A DNA stretch of 63,106 nucleotides, filler included, from Aduncisulcus paluster (lineage: Eukaryota), in the NCBI GenBank assembly GCA_024181965.1. It is 12 parts of 12 records of this genome, joined end to end, with 100 filler letters (N's around TTAATTAATTAA, not from the genome) between each part and the next. Parts side by side here need not be neighbours in the genome. Positions count along the whole stretch, not along the records: positions 21,202 to 39,429 come from BQXS01011450.1; positions 39,530 to 44,705 come from BQXS01011451.1; 10 more parts are not named here. One strand, given 5' to 3'. The notes beneath the pieces were generated by a model. The model had not been told where the DNA came from and ran no database searches. It was given only the letters and a program-made list of their open reading frames with translations. A program made the position numbers and the translations under genes. Shown one piece after another: positions 35,387 through 44,805 of this stretch. The first letter of the stretch is position 1, and the number at the start of each line of letters is the position of its first letter.

Positions 35387-36334
35387 ATGCCGTTTTTAAT
35401 GCATTCCGAAAGGAAAGATTTGCCAACTCATCCCCCTTCTGAACCACAATATCCTATTTCCACTCCTTTGCGTGGAGTATATAAATGGTACAATTATTTA
35501 ATTGATATTCTTTTAATTGTTTTTATGTTTGGTTGTGGAAGACTTCCTAATATTTTTCCAAATGCAGTCGCTGATCGCTCTTTTTCTCTTACTGATGAAT
35601 CTATCTCTTATGAACAAATGGATTCGATTGTTCCATTTTGGTTGGTTATTGTTCTCGCATTATGTTATGTTTTGCCCATTATTATTGTTGATTTCTTCTG
35701 TATTAGTAATAAGATATATTCTGTCACTTGGTGTTGGATATTCTCTTTATTAGTTGCTTTTGGTCTTACAACTCTTGTTGGAACGTGCATTAAGATGTTT
35801 ACTGGTCGTTTACGTCCAGATTTTTTAGATAGATGTGATTGGGATGGCACTGAATGCACTGGAGATGAAGGTGATATTCTGGAAGGTCATTTGTCTTTTG
35901 TTTCATTGCATGCTGGAAGTGCATTTGTGTTATTTGGTTTTATTGCGTTCTATTTATTCCTTGTTATGGACCCGTTTTCTCCATCAAGAACCCAAATCTT
36001 ACGGCTTTTACTTGTTGTAAGTCCTCTTCTTATCGCTTTGTTTATAGCTATCTCTCGTTATGTTGATAACCACCATCATCCAGGGGATATATTGGCAGGA
36101 TCTATATTGGGGCTTGGAATGGCGTTCTTTGTGGGACGTAAGCTCTGGCAAGCACAATTAAAGGTTCCAATCAAAATATCAACACAAATTGATGGTTCTC
36201 CTTCATACCAAACTCGTGCAGAAAAAGCTTACTCAAATTCATCATCCAAAACTGGGAGAAGATTATTGCTTAAGCTTGATCCCTCACTACAGAATGAAAC
36301 GTCAATCAATTTCAACGCAGAATCAAATGCATAG
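35387..36334 (+). CDS. PAP2-family lipid phosphate phosphatase (DPP1/LPP-like), about 6 TM segments
   Basis: C1 KMFTGRLRP, C2 SFVSLH (for SFPSGH) and C3 SRYVDNHHHPGD. Confidence 0.9.
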   Translation: MPFLMHSERKDLPTHPPSEPQYPISTPLRGVYKWYNYLIDILLIVFMFGCGRLPNIFPNAVADRSFSLTDESISYEQMDSIVPFWLVIVLALCYVLPIIIVDFFCISNKIYSVTWCWIFSLLVAFGLTTLVGTCIKMFTGRLRPDFLDRCDWDGTECTGDEGDILEGHLSFVSLHAGSAFVLFGFIAFYLFLVMDPFSPSRTQILRLLLVVSPLLIALFIAISRYVDNHHHPGDILAGSILGLGMAFFVGRKLWQAQLKVPIKISTQIDGSPSYQTRAEKAYSNSSSKTGRRLLLKLDPSLQNETSINFNAESNA

Positions 36335-36576
36335 TTTTCTATACTCGTTTTATATTGGGCGAGAAAGATTTATTGAAAACCCTTGTTGAATGGCCCAAGC
36401 GTTGCCAGGCAAGATCGAACGGGCAAGTGCTTGTGATGAATCCAATGCTTAAATTCCTTCGATTCTTTGAATAAATATTTATATTTGTAATTATTTTGCG
36501 TTATTTGAGATCTATGATATTATCACGCTTGGTTTTGGCCTTGGACTGAGAGAAAAGAGAACAGGGCTTGGACCTG

Positions 36577-36642
36577 CGAGGGGATTAATATTTTTAAAAC
36601 GAGGGGCTTAAATTTTTCAAGCGAGGGGCTTAATATTTTTCT
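36577..36642 (+). repeat. Three direct repeats of ~22 bp (CGAGGGGMTTAA(T)ATTTTT)
   Basis: Copies start at 36577, 36600 and 36622. Confidence 0.8.
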
Positions 36643-37120
36643 ATCCTTTGGGGTCAATGGGAAGGACTAGAGGCCCTACTAGGTGAATTAGTAATTCACG
36701 TAATTAGGCGTTTTCTCGAGAATAAACAATGATTTCAGTGACAAAGCTGTACAAAAATGAAGAACAATAAAAACAAATGGTATATAATTTTTTTGAAAAT
36801 AACTCTTTGAAAGATAGGTTTTTGAAAGCAGAAATATTCTTTGAACTATTTGATTGCCTTTCCTCGCTTACTAAGCCTTAGTAAGGGTATCATACCCTTA
36901 ATAGTATTAAACAAACAATTCTATGTCAGCTCATCAGTCTTGTCAGGTGAGATTTGTTGAAGTGATCATGTCATTAAGATGATGTGATATTCACTTTTTC
37001 TAATATTAACATCCTTTTGTTATAAATATTAACAATACAACTTGATTTTTATTAAATTTTGATTGTTGGTATTAATATAGATCTATAACTTGAATATTTT
37101 TGATTAAATAATCTCCATAC

Positions 37121-38476
37121 ATGGGAACCCAAGTTGAAAAAATGGCTCGCAAAGATACTTCACGAAAACTGCCTTTACAAACGAAAAAAAGATCCCAAAA
37201 AGGTTTTTCGAAATGTGATATACCGCAAGATCTTGTCAAATCTCGACACAAACAATATCATCGTTTTCACAGACATTCAGCGCATTCTTCACATATTTCA
37301 CATACTACCAGTTACTCAACTTCAAATATTCATACATTTCTCTCCCCTCTTTCTCTCTCTTCCTCCCCATATCCATCCTCCGGGGTTCCATCCTCAGGTA
37401 TCCCGGTCGATCCATTGCCCCCGCACTCAATAATCCCTACAACGATTAATAATGAACCATTTCTTCACGATTCTCATCCTCAATCGTCAATATCATCACT
37501 ACGTTCAACTCTCTCAAGTGCTTCCATGCCTAATACCGTGGAACTAAGCGAAGACAAATGGGTAATGGGAAGTTCTGGTGAAAAACACGGGGATCTTCCA
37601 TCTTCCGAGGAGTTTAAATCAACACATCATAAAGTATCTCCACGACAAAAGACAGTTCCATTCACCATTGAAGAAGATCTCTCAGTTGAAACCAATGAAA
37701 AGTCTCTAAAGGGTGAAAAACAAGAAGAATGTGAATCTGATGAAAGTGAGGAATCGTCATCCTCTTCCTCTGATACTTGTCAGGATAATGCGATTATAAT
37801 TGAAGAACCCCATATCACCCTTCCTTCTCTTCCGACGCTTTCCGAAGGTGCTGCTCTGCCACAAGCAAGTCAGAGTAATCCGCATCCAAAACAAGGCGGT
37901 AAGAAATGGTCTGAATGCTGTCCATATGTCGAGGGTCTTGTGTCGACTCTCTCGATTGAAGGCTTTGCAGAGTATATTGCTTCGATCATTCGTGTGATAT
38001 TGACACCCTGTAAGAAGATTGTTAAATTCACTGGGAAACGACTCCCCGAACCTCCGATGTACTTGAGGGATTGGATTCTGAGATTGCTTGAAAAGAGTCA
38101 AATACCTCGACCCGTTGCTATTTTTGGAACCATTCTGATTCTTCGGATTCATCGGAGAGGTTTTGATATCACTCGAAACAATGCGTATCGGATGATTCTG
38201 ACCGCTTTCGATGTGGCATCTAAACAGTGCAGCGATCAACCCCCATCGCTAGCCATGTGGAGTAATGCTTCGTCTTACTTTGGGAAAGCCACGATATCGA
38301 TGTTTGAGACGGAGTTCTTGTGTATCATTCAGTGGGAGACTTTCATCAAGGAAGACGAGTGGTACAACTTTGTGTATGATACTTTGTCTCTTCATCCAAA
38401 GGCAAAGAATATCCCCGACTCGATTCCAAAGGCATGGGCAGATAAGATATGGAAGGAGCGGGACAAAAAGAAGTAG
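37121..38476 (+). CDS. PHO80/cyclin-U-type cyclin with a long disordered N-terminus
   Basis: LRDWILRLLEKSQ...ILILRI...NAYRMILTAFDVASKQCSD...WS...ISMFETEFLCIIQWETFI matches the PHO80-family cyclin box. Confidence 0.8.
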   Translation: MGTQVEKMARKDTSRKLPLQTKKRSQKGFSKCDIPQDLVKSRHKQYHRFHRHSAHSSHISHTTSYSTSNIHTFLSPLSLSSSPYPSSGVPSSGIPVDPLPPHSIIPTTINNEPFLHDSHPQSSISSLRSTLSSASMPNTVELSEDKWVMGSSGEKHGDLPSSEEFKSTHHKVSPRQKTVPFTIEEDLSVETNEKSLKGEKQEECESDESEESSSSSSDTCQDNAIIIEEPHITLPSLPTLSEGAALPQASQSNPHPKQGGKKWSECCPYVEGLVSTLSIEGFAEYIASIIRVILTPCKKIVKFTGKRLPEPPMYLRDWILRLLEKSQIPRPVAIFGTILILRIHRRGFDITRNNAYRMILTAFDVASKQCSDQPPSLAMWSNASSYFGKATISMFETEFLCIIQWETFIKEDEWYNFVYDTLSLHPKAKNIPDSIPKAWADKIWKERDKKK

Positions 38477-39090
38477 TTTCAGACCATTTAAAGAGGAGTT
38501 GCAATGAGTGATGAGTTGCTATAACTCTAATGATTACTCAAGCTCAGCAAGACCATTCGAGGTGTGTTCTAATCTTTGGACTTCTAGCTGAAACATCAAT
38601 GAACGTGGTGATGGTGGTTGCCTTGAATCTCTTGTTTGTATCTATCCAATCTATATGCCTCATATCTTCAGTATGAGTTCATTTATTCATGATACTGTGA
38701 ATTTCACAGACTGGACAAGGGATCTAGTGGTTGATGGAGTTTAAAAGGTTATGCGATAGAGTTACACGTCAAGCTGTAGATGATCAGGTTACAGAAGTTG
38801 TATCTTTCAAAACATCAATTCCTCTTCCTGTTTTCCTCCTGTTTTCCTCCTGTTTTCCTCCTGCTTGACACACTTTCCCACCCCACTTCTCTTTGGGTAT
38901 TACTCTTTCTTTTTCTTTCTTTCTTTTTCTTTAACATTATTAATCATCTTATCATGCGATTATCAATGATAAATTAATCTGAATCAGATCTGATAAATTC
39001 TGTCATCAAATAAAAGCCATTGTCAAGTGTCTCTGTTGCGAGGTTCATGAGTTTCAAGAGGGGAATAATCAGACATGCAATGCATTCACA

Positions 39091-39429
39091 TCACAAGAAC
39101 CACTTATGGGTGAGCACTTGCCTTGCTGTGGGTCTATCACGTGGATGCTCACTCACACATGCGGCACAGATGGAATGCACTTCTGCAGGCATGCACACAC
39201 CGTCAAGTGCACCGAACACATCCTGAACAAGCACACCGAACGAGAACATGTCACTCGCGGGAGAAGGGTGAACTTTCTTCCCATCAAACGCTGGCCTCAA
39301 CTCGGGAGCCATGAATGCTTGAGTCCCGACTTTCATCGTCTGGCTAATCAATCGCAGCGTACGCTCTCCACAATCAACAGCTCCCTCGAAGTCGCACAGA
39401 AGACCATTGCACGCATCATCGATTAGCAC
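39091..39429 (-). CDS. Protein kinase C-terminal half (5'-truncated)
   Basis: LLCDFEG, GTQAFMAPE, SDMFSFG and RPTARQVLTHKWF. Confidence 0.85.
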   Translation of the reverse strand: MLIDDACNGLLCDFEGAVDCGERTLRLISQTMKVGTQAFMAPELRPAFDGKKVHPSPASDMFSFGVLVQDVFGALDGVCMPAEVHSICAACVSEHPRDRPTARQVLTHKWFL

Positions 39430-39574
39430 NNNNNNNNNNNNNNNNNNNNNNNNNNNNNNNNNNNNNNNNNNNNTTAATTAATTAANNNNNNNNNNNNNNN
39501 NNNNNNNNNNNNNNNNNNNNNNNNNNNNNCAGCATATTTTTTGAGTTAGAGAAACATCACAGAGCGCAAGAAGT

Positions 39575-39847
39575 TGTGTTGTTAATTCCTTTCGAAGACA
39601 TCTTGGTAAGGAATTAAAAGCGAAAGAAAACAAAAAATAAACAAATAATAAACTGAATTAGTTTTTAATAAAAACTTTTTATCAATCGAGAAGAGAGCAG
39701 AGAAGAGTGAGAACGATTCGAGAAGCAAAGAAAACCAGAAGAATAGCTTCTCTGCCAAGAAGTCGATGATATATTCACAATATTCATGGATTTCAACTGC
39801 AACTTATCAGCATATTTTGTCACCTTATAATCCACTATGTAAACAAA
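39575..39847 (+). repeat. Dispersed ~300-bp non-coding repeat, copy 1 (copy 2 at ~46640-46959)
   Basis: Shared TTGGTAAGGAATTAAAA, AATAATAAACTGAATTAG, TTTATCAATCGAG, GCTTCTCTGCCAA.AAGTCGATGATATATTCACAATATTCAT and TTCAACTGCAACTTATCAGCATATTTTGTCAC. Confidence 0.9.
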
Positions 39848-40167
39848 TGTCGAACTTATGAAACGATTTCGTGTCAGGAGTGGACTCACAAGGATGGCAT
39901 GCAATATATGATAGAAAGAAAAATGACCATATAAATTTATTTATATATTGTATGATATTGCTTCCTGAGGTTGTCATTCGCGACTTTGTGTTTTCGTCTT
40001 CTGCTTTTCCTTCGTTGCAAGCAATTCAAGATTTACTGTATGTCATATATTTCATTAAATGCGCATTAAGACATATTTTATGCAATGTCATGCAATTATA
40101 TTCACTGTATTGTAATACTTTTTATTTTTTATTTTTTTTCTTAGATCCCGACTCTTTTCCGTTGTCA

Positions 40168-41511
40168 ATGAGTTCTTCGACCGATATTCAAATCGTGGAT
40201 CCTGAGTTTATTCATGAAGGACATGGAGGTTGCTGTCCAATTCCTAGAGATGCCCCGAATATTAAAAGTTCAGAAATCCCAAGTATCAAAGCAATCAATG
40301 AAACCAAGGAAGAAGATGACGAAGAGTATGATCAAAGTGTCGAAGCACAAAAGATGATGAAAGGAGAGGTTAATAATGGTCACTTTACCCATATCTCCAT
40401 TCCTTTCTCCTCATCTTCTCAAATGAAAGGAGCTTCTATATGTCTGAATGGTTTGATACATTGGTATCATATCTCACCTCCATCACATCTTACCTTCACT
40501 CTCACATCTTCAAAGGGTGAGAAAACATCCAAGAAATACGAATTTCCTGAATTTGAAGGTTGGCATTGGTATTTTCTTCCTGTCGATCTCCCTGATGTTG
40601 TTTTGTGTGAGATTACAGGGAAAGGAAGAGAGGAAGAGTATTTTGATATAGACTCCCTTGTTTTCATTAGTAGAGAAGAAACTTCTGAAGAAATCAAAGC
40701 TCGTAAAGCCAGAGAGAAACTATGGTCTGAAGCTCCAGTTGTGAAACCAGAGTTTGTTAAGGAAGGAGATTATAAATCTGAAGGTAGAGATTCTATTCCC
40801 ATTCCGTGTGATAATCCACAGATTGTAGATCCTTTATTCCCAATGGTTAAGTGCAAAAGAGATTCATATAGAAAGGAATCCGAGGAATATGATCAGAGTT
40901 CACAATCACAAACAATGTTAATAGGGAAAGGTTTTGTATGGTTATCCCATATTTCCATCCCTTTTCCATTACCTAGTCCAATGAAAGGTGCTTATATCTG
41001 TGTGAATAACTGTTATAGTTCACCCTCTCTTCTCTTCACTTTCACTGATTGTGATGGTAAGAAGACATCCAAGAAGTATGAATTCACAGAACCTGAACAT
41101 GATTATGAATGGCACTTCCTTCCTATTGATTTGGATAATGTTGTGTTATGTGAGATTGAAGGGAAAGGAACATGGTTTGATAAGAATAGTCGAGATTTCT
41201 GGATCAACTCCCTTGTATTTACAATCCCCGAAGAAATAGTTGTGAGTGAACTATTATCCCTTCTGCCATGGGAACATTCCAAAGATGATATCATGACAAA
41301 ACTTGAGAAAACATGCTATTATTTCGGTCAGGATCTGACATCTCATGAAACCAGATCATTTGGAAAAAACCTGATTTCATCTGAAGAATTTGAAGACTCT
41401 AATCAATTTAGAATTCAACCAATTTTTATTTATTCATTGATTATAGGCATTTTTATTATTTTGATGTTTTTGTCATCTTTTTGCACGAATTACTCAAATC
41501 ATTTGAACTAA
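40168..41511 (+). CDS. Lineage-specific protein with two tandem ~180-aa beta-rich domains
   Basis: Both copies show V.PEF..EG..PIP.D.P.I..EEYDQS..Q.M..G..HISIPF...MKGA.IC...FT.T..G.KTSKKYEF..W.FLP.DL..VVLCEI.GKG..F.I.SLVF. Confidence 0.75.
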   Translation: MSSSTDIQIVDPEFIHEGHGGCCPIPRDAPNIKSSEIPSIKAINETKEEDDEEYDQSVEAQKMMKGEVNNGHFTHISIPFSSSSQMKGASICLNGLIHWYHISPPSHLTFTLTSSKGEKTSKKYEFPEFEGWHWYFLPVDLPDVVLCEITGKGREEEYFDIDSLVFISREETSEEIKARKAREKLWSEAPVVKPEFVKEGDYKSEGRDSIPIPCDNPQIVDPLFPMVKCKRDSYRKESEEYDQSSQSQTMLIGKGFVWLSHISIPFPLPSPMKGAYICVNNCYSSPSLLFTFTDCDGKKTSKKYEFTEPEHDYEWHFLPIDLDNVVLCEIEGKGTWFDKNSRDFWINSLVFTIPEEIVVSELLSLLPWEHSKDDIMTKLEKTCYYFGQDLTSHETRSFGKNLISSEEFEDSNQFRIQPIFIYSLIIGIFIILMFLSSFCTNYSNHLN

Positions 41512-41512
41512 A

Positions 41513-41833
41513 ATGCCCATTACATCCATTTTGACTCTTGAACAATTTAAAGAATTCGTTGAACATCACCCTAAAGTCGTAATAGATTGCTTTGCACAAT
41601 GGTGTGGTCCTTGCAAGCGTATTAGCCCCATATTCCATTCTTTGGCCGAAAAGCCCGAATATTCGACCATTGATTTTGTTCAAATCGATGTTGATGAGGC
41701 TGATGATCTGGCTGAATATTTAGAAATCGCTGCAATGCCTACATTCATTTCCTACCTTAATGGAGAGAAAAAAGAATCATTCACGGGCGCATCTGAACGA
41801 AGGATTGAGCTTATGATTAAATCACTCTTATAA
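41513..41833 (+). CDS. TRX: Thioredoxin
   Basis: WCGPC active site, IDVD, MPTF; 106 aa. Confidence 0.95.
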   Translation: MPITSILTLEQFKEFVEHHPKVVIDCFAQWCGPCKRISPIFHSLAEKPEYSTIDFVQIDVDEADDLAEYLEIAAMPTFISYLNGEKKESFTGASERRIELMIKSLL

Positions 41834-42500
41834 ACTTCTTTATTTTCTTTCTATTTTAAACATTATATTCAGAAAGTTTTCTTCTTCTTCTTTTCTTTTT
41901 TTTTCTTTTCTGGCTCTCAGGAAACCTGGTCGGCGAAAGAATGAATTAATTTGGGCATGTATTCAAATCTATATGGACAATAGTGACTCAATACTATGGA
42001 GATATAATGAGAACGATGAATAATTTCATTCCAGTGGAATTTACATGGGAAATTTCCATTGAAACTTGAAGAGAATCAATTTTAAGGCATTCCATTCAAG
42101 AATCACCTCTTTTTTTTTGAAAAACTTTTATCGACAAAAATTTGGAATTAAATATACCGAATTTATTGGATTCCATCAGCTTGATATAATGAGAACTCGA
42201 TGAGGAAAAATAAATCACACGTTACAAAATGGAACATGGAAAACACACCAAATTAATTGCGATACAATGTATCGGATACATAAACATCAGTATAATATAC
42301 AGGAGATAAACTATAACAAGGGTTACGGACCTCCACAAAAAAAATTCTTCTTACAACGCACTCTACTCAAGAATAACAAAATCAACAATCACTTAAACGA
42401 TAAAACAAATGATAAAAATAAAAACATATAAAAAAAATCAAAATAATTCATATTTTGAGTTTCCAGAAGTGGGATATAGATCTACAAACTCTGGAGTTAT

Positions 42501-44705
42501 TCATTTTACACTCTTATCCCATCCCGCATGGTGAGATATATCAATGGCATATTGATCAGCATTAGTGACTGCCCCCAAAATGGTTCCTACCTGCCCTCGA
42601 TGTTTTCTTCGTTGTGTCGATATAACGCTATCGATTCCTGGACAACTCCAGCCATGTCCAATTTCAGGAAGGAGATACTTTATAGATTGAACTTTCAATC
42701 GGGCATGATTAATAGTTAACCGGTCCCTGTGGTTTAGTGCCGTTAACCCTTTGAACACTTCATTAAAACAATTATAAAGAGATAAGTATTTGCCACCGTC
42801 AATCGTTAGAAGAGATTCAAAGAGAGGGCAATGTGAAATATCAACATAAGTTCCTTCTTTAAGCAGAGAAATTATATCTTTCATGAATACGATCCTATCA
42901 GAAACACGAACGAATGGATGGTTCACAAATGGATGATGTCCTAAAAATAGAGAAAATATTGACATTCCAAGAGAATGTGCATCACTTTCCTGTGTTTGAT
43001 GAGCATATTGAAGAGACTCAAGGGAAGAATAGGGAAGAGTTCCACAAAAAGATCTTTGAGAAGACGTGCTTTGTGTCACATGATGATCACTCGTCGATGA
43101 AGAAGAGCGTGGAGCTTGAATTGAGGTCGTCGTCGTTATTGTTTGATGGATCTGAGCAAGACCAAGATCAGCGAGAACAACAGTGCATTCTCCATCTTTT
43201 GGATCAACACGAACAAGGAAGTTATCAGGTTTGATGTCTCGATGCACAAGTGTTGTCTTTGCTCTGAACACATCATCAAGACACTCGATCATTCCAACAC
43301 ATAACGAACATAACTTTACAGGGTTCAGAGTCATTGGGTTTATAAAAAGATCATCCATTTTCGTGGAAGAAGAAGAAGACTCAGAATCGCTATCCTCAAC
43401 ACTCACATACTTGCCATCAGTACACCAATTCTTGGCAAACTCTCTTACATTGCCTCCAACACAAAATTCCATCAAAAATCCATATGTACCATTGAATTTA
43501 GAATCAAGGAGGTCAAGGATATGCAAAGGACGTGGGATACGATTGTAACATTTGGGGTTCATAAACAATTTTCGTTGCATTTTAAATTCCTTCAAACATC
43601 CTTTCACAACTTCTCTATTTTCAACCCCAATCATCTTCTTCAGAACGCAAGGAGTATCATGTCCATCAGATTTTACAAGAAGAACCTCGCCAAAGCCACC
43701 ACAACCAATGATACAAAGAGGTTTGACGGATGAGGGAGAAGTTAGAACGAATGAATCAGATTCTGGCCTATGAATTTCTTTCCGAGGAATCGGTTTCGAC
43801 GTAATCGGTGTAGGATCTATTTTTGGAGTCACTCTGGAAGGCACCATTGGTCGGGTCTGGGAAGATGGAAGTGTTGAAGGAGGATAATGGATCGGAGGTA
43901 ACGGTTCATGCTTGATACCACCCATTAATTTAGGTTTATATTTCTGGTTTGGGATTGGTGATATTGTTGGTTTCTGATAAGAACTGGAGGAGGAGGAGGA
44001 GGAGGAAATCGGTAGTATTGGTTTGATGGTTGAACTACCGAAGAAAGCTGGAGATCCCCCATATCCATAGCCCATAGGGTTATATGGAGATGGAGTATAT
44101 GGCTCAGCATCAACGCGTGCTTCAATAACAGGAGAAGGGGGCAAGGAGGGTTTCTTCTCTTTCTTTTCTTTCTTCTTTTGACAACATAACTTCCAACGAC
44201 ATTCATATCCCTTGTATTTATCTGAATAATCAATATCCATGTCTTCACGTGACGAGACCTTTCGGCAACAGAACATTCTCAAACAGAATGTCACAAACAA
44301 ACCAGCACCAATAAAGACAAAAATGGCAAAGAATATAGCGTATCCAGAGAAAGAGTATTTTATACAAGAGTTCATCAGAATCCCATTTGAGGAGATCATA
44401 ACCATACCGCAAAACAACCCGAGAAGATCAGTTGAAAAGCTTCCGGATTTTCTTTCGAAACGGTCGTTACTATCCAATTCAGTAACATTAGCTACAGTAA
44501 TGCTGAAGACAACAATCAAACCAATGACAACAAGAAGCAAAATGGTAGAAATCAAAAACGCACCAACAACAAGGATTCCACACGAAGAAAATAAAATTAT
44601 TATTGAACCAACAAGAAAAATATCATTGGAACAAGAAGAAACCAGAGCTACAATTGAATAAATCCAGTTAATAAGACCGACAATCACTCCGAAAATAAAC
44701 CATCC
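42501..44705 (-). CDS. Multi-pass membrane protein kinase (5'-truncated)
   Basis: About four hydrophobic helices, a Pro/Ser linker, then IGCGGFGEV, VLKK, HRDIKPDN, DLGLA, GTLPY and SDAHSLG. Confidence 0.85.
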   Translation of the reverse strand, partial: GWFIFGVIVGLINWIYSIVALVSSCSNDIFLVGSIIILFSSCGILVVGAFLISTILLLVVIGLIVVFSITVANVTELDSNDRFERKSGSFSTDLLGLFCGMVMISSNGILMNSCIKYSFSGYAIFFAIFVFIGAGLFVTFCLRMFCCRKVSSREDMDIDYSDKYKGYECRWKLCCQKKKEKKEKKPSLPPSPVIEARVDAEPYTPSPYNPMGYGYGGSPAFFGSSTIKPILPISSSSSSSSSYQKPTISPIPNQKYKPKLMGGIKHEPLPPIHYPPSTLPSSQTRPMVPSRVTPKIDPTPITSKPIPRKEIHRPESDSFVLTSPSSVKPLCIIGCGGFGEVLLVKSDGHDTPCVLKKMIGVENREVVKGCLKEFKMQRKLFMNPKCYNRIPRPLHILDLLDSKFNGTYGFLMEFCVGGNVREFAKNWCTDGKYVSVEDSDSESSSSSTKMDDLFINPMTLNPVKLCSLCVGMIECLDDVFRAKTTLVHRDIKPDNFLVRVDPKDGECTVVLADLGLAQIHQTITTTTSIQAPRSSSSTSDHHVTQSTSSQRSFCGTLPYSSLESLQYAHQTQESDAHSLGMSIFSLFLGHHPFVNHPFVRVSDRIVFMKDIISLLKEGTYVDISHCPLFESLLTIDGGKYLSLYNCFNEVFKGLTALNHRDRLTINHARLKVQSIKYLLPEIGHGWSCPGIDSVISTQRRKHRGQVGTILGAVTNADQYAIDISHHAGWDKSVK

Positions 44706-44805
44706 NNNNNNNNNNNNNNNNNNNNNNNNNNNNNNNNNNNNNNNNNNNNTTAATTAATTAANNNNNNNNNNNNNNNNNNNNNNNNNNNNNNNNNNNNNNN
44801 NNNNN

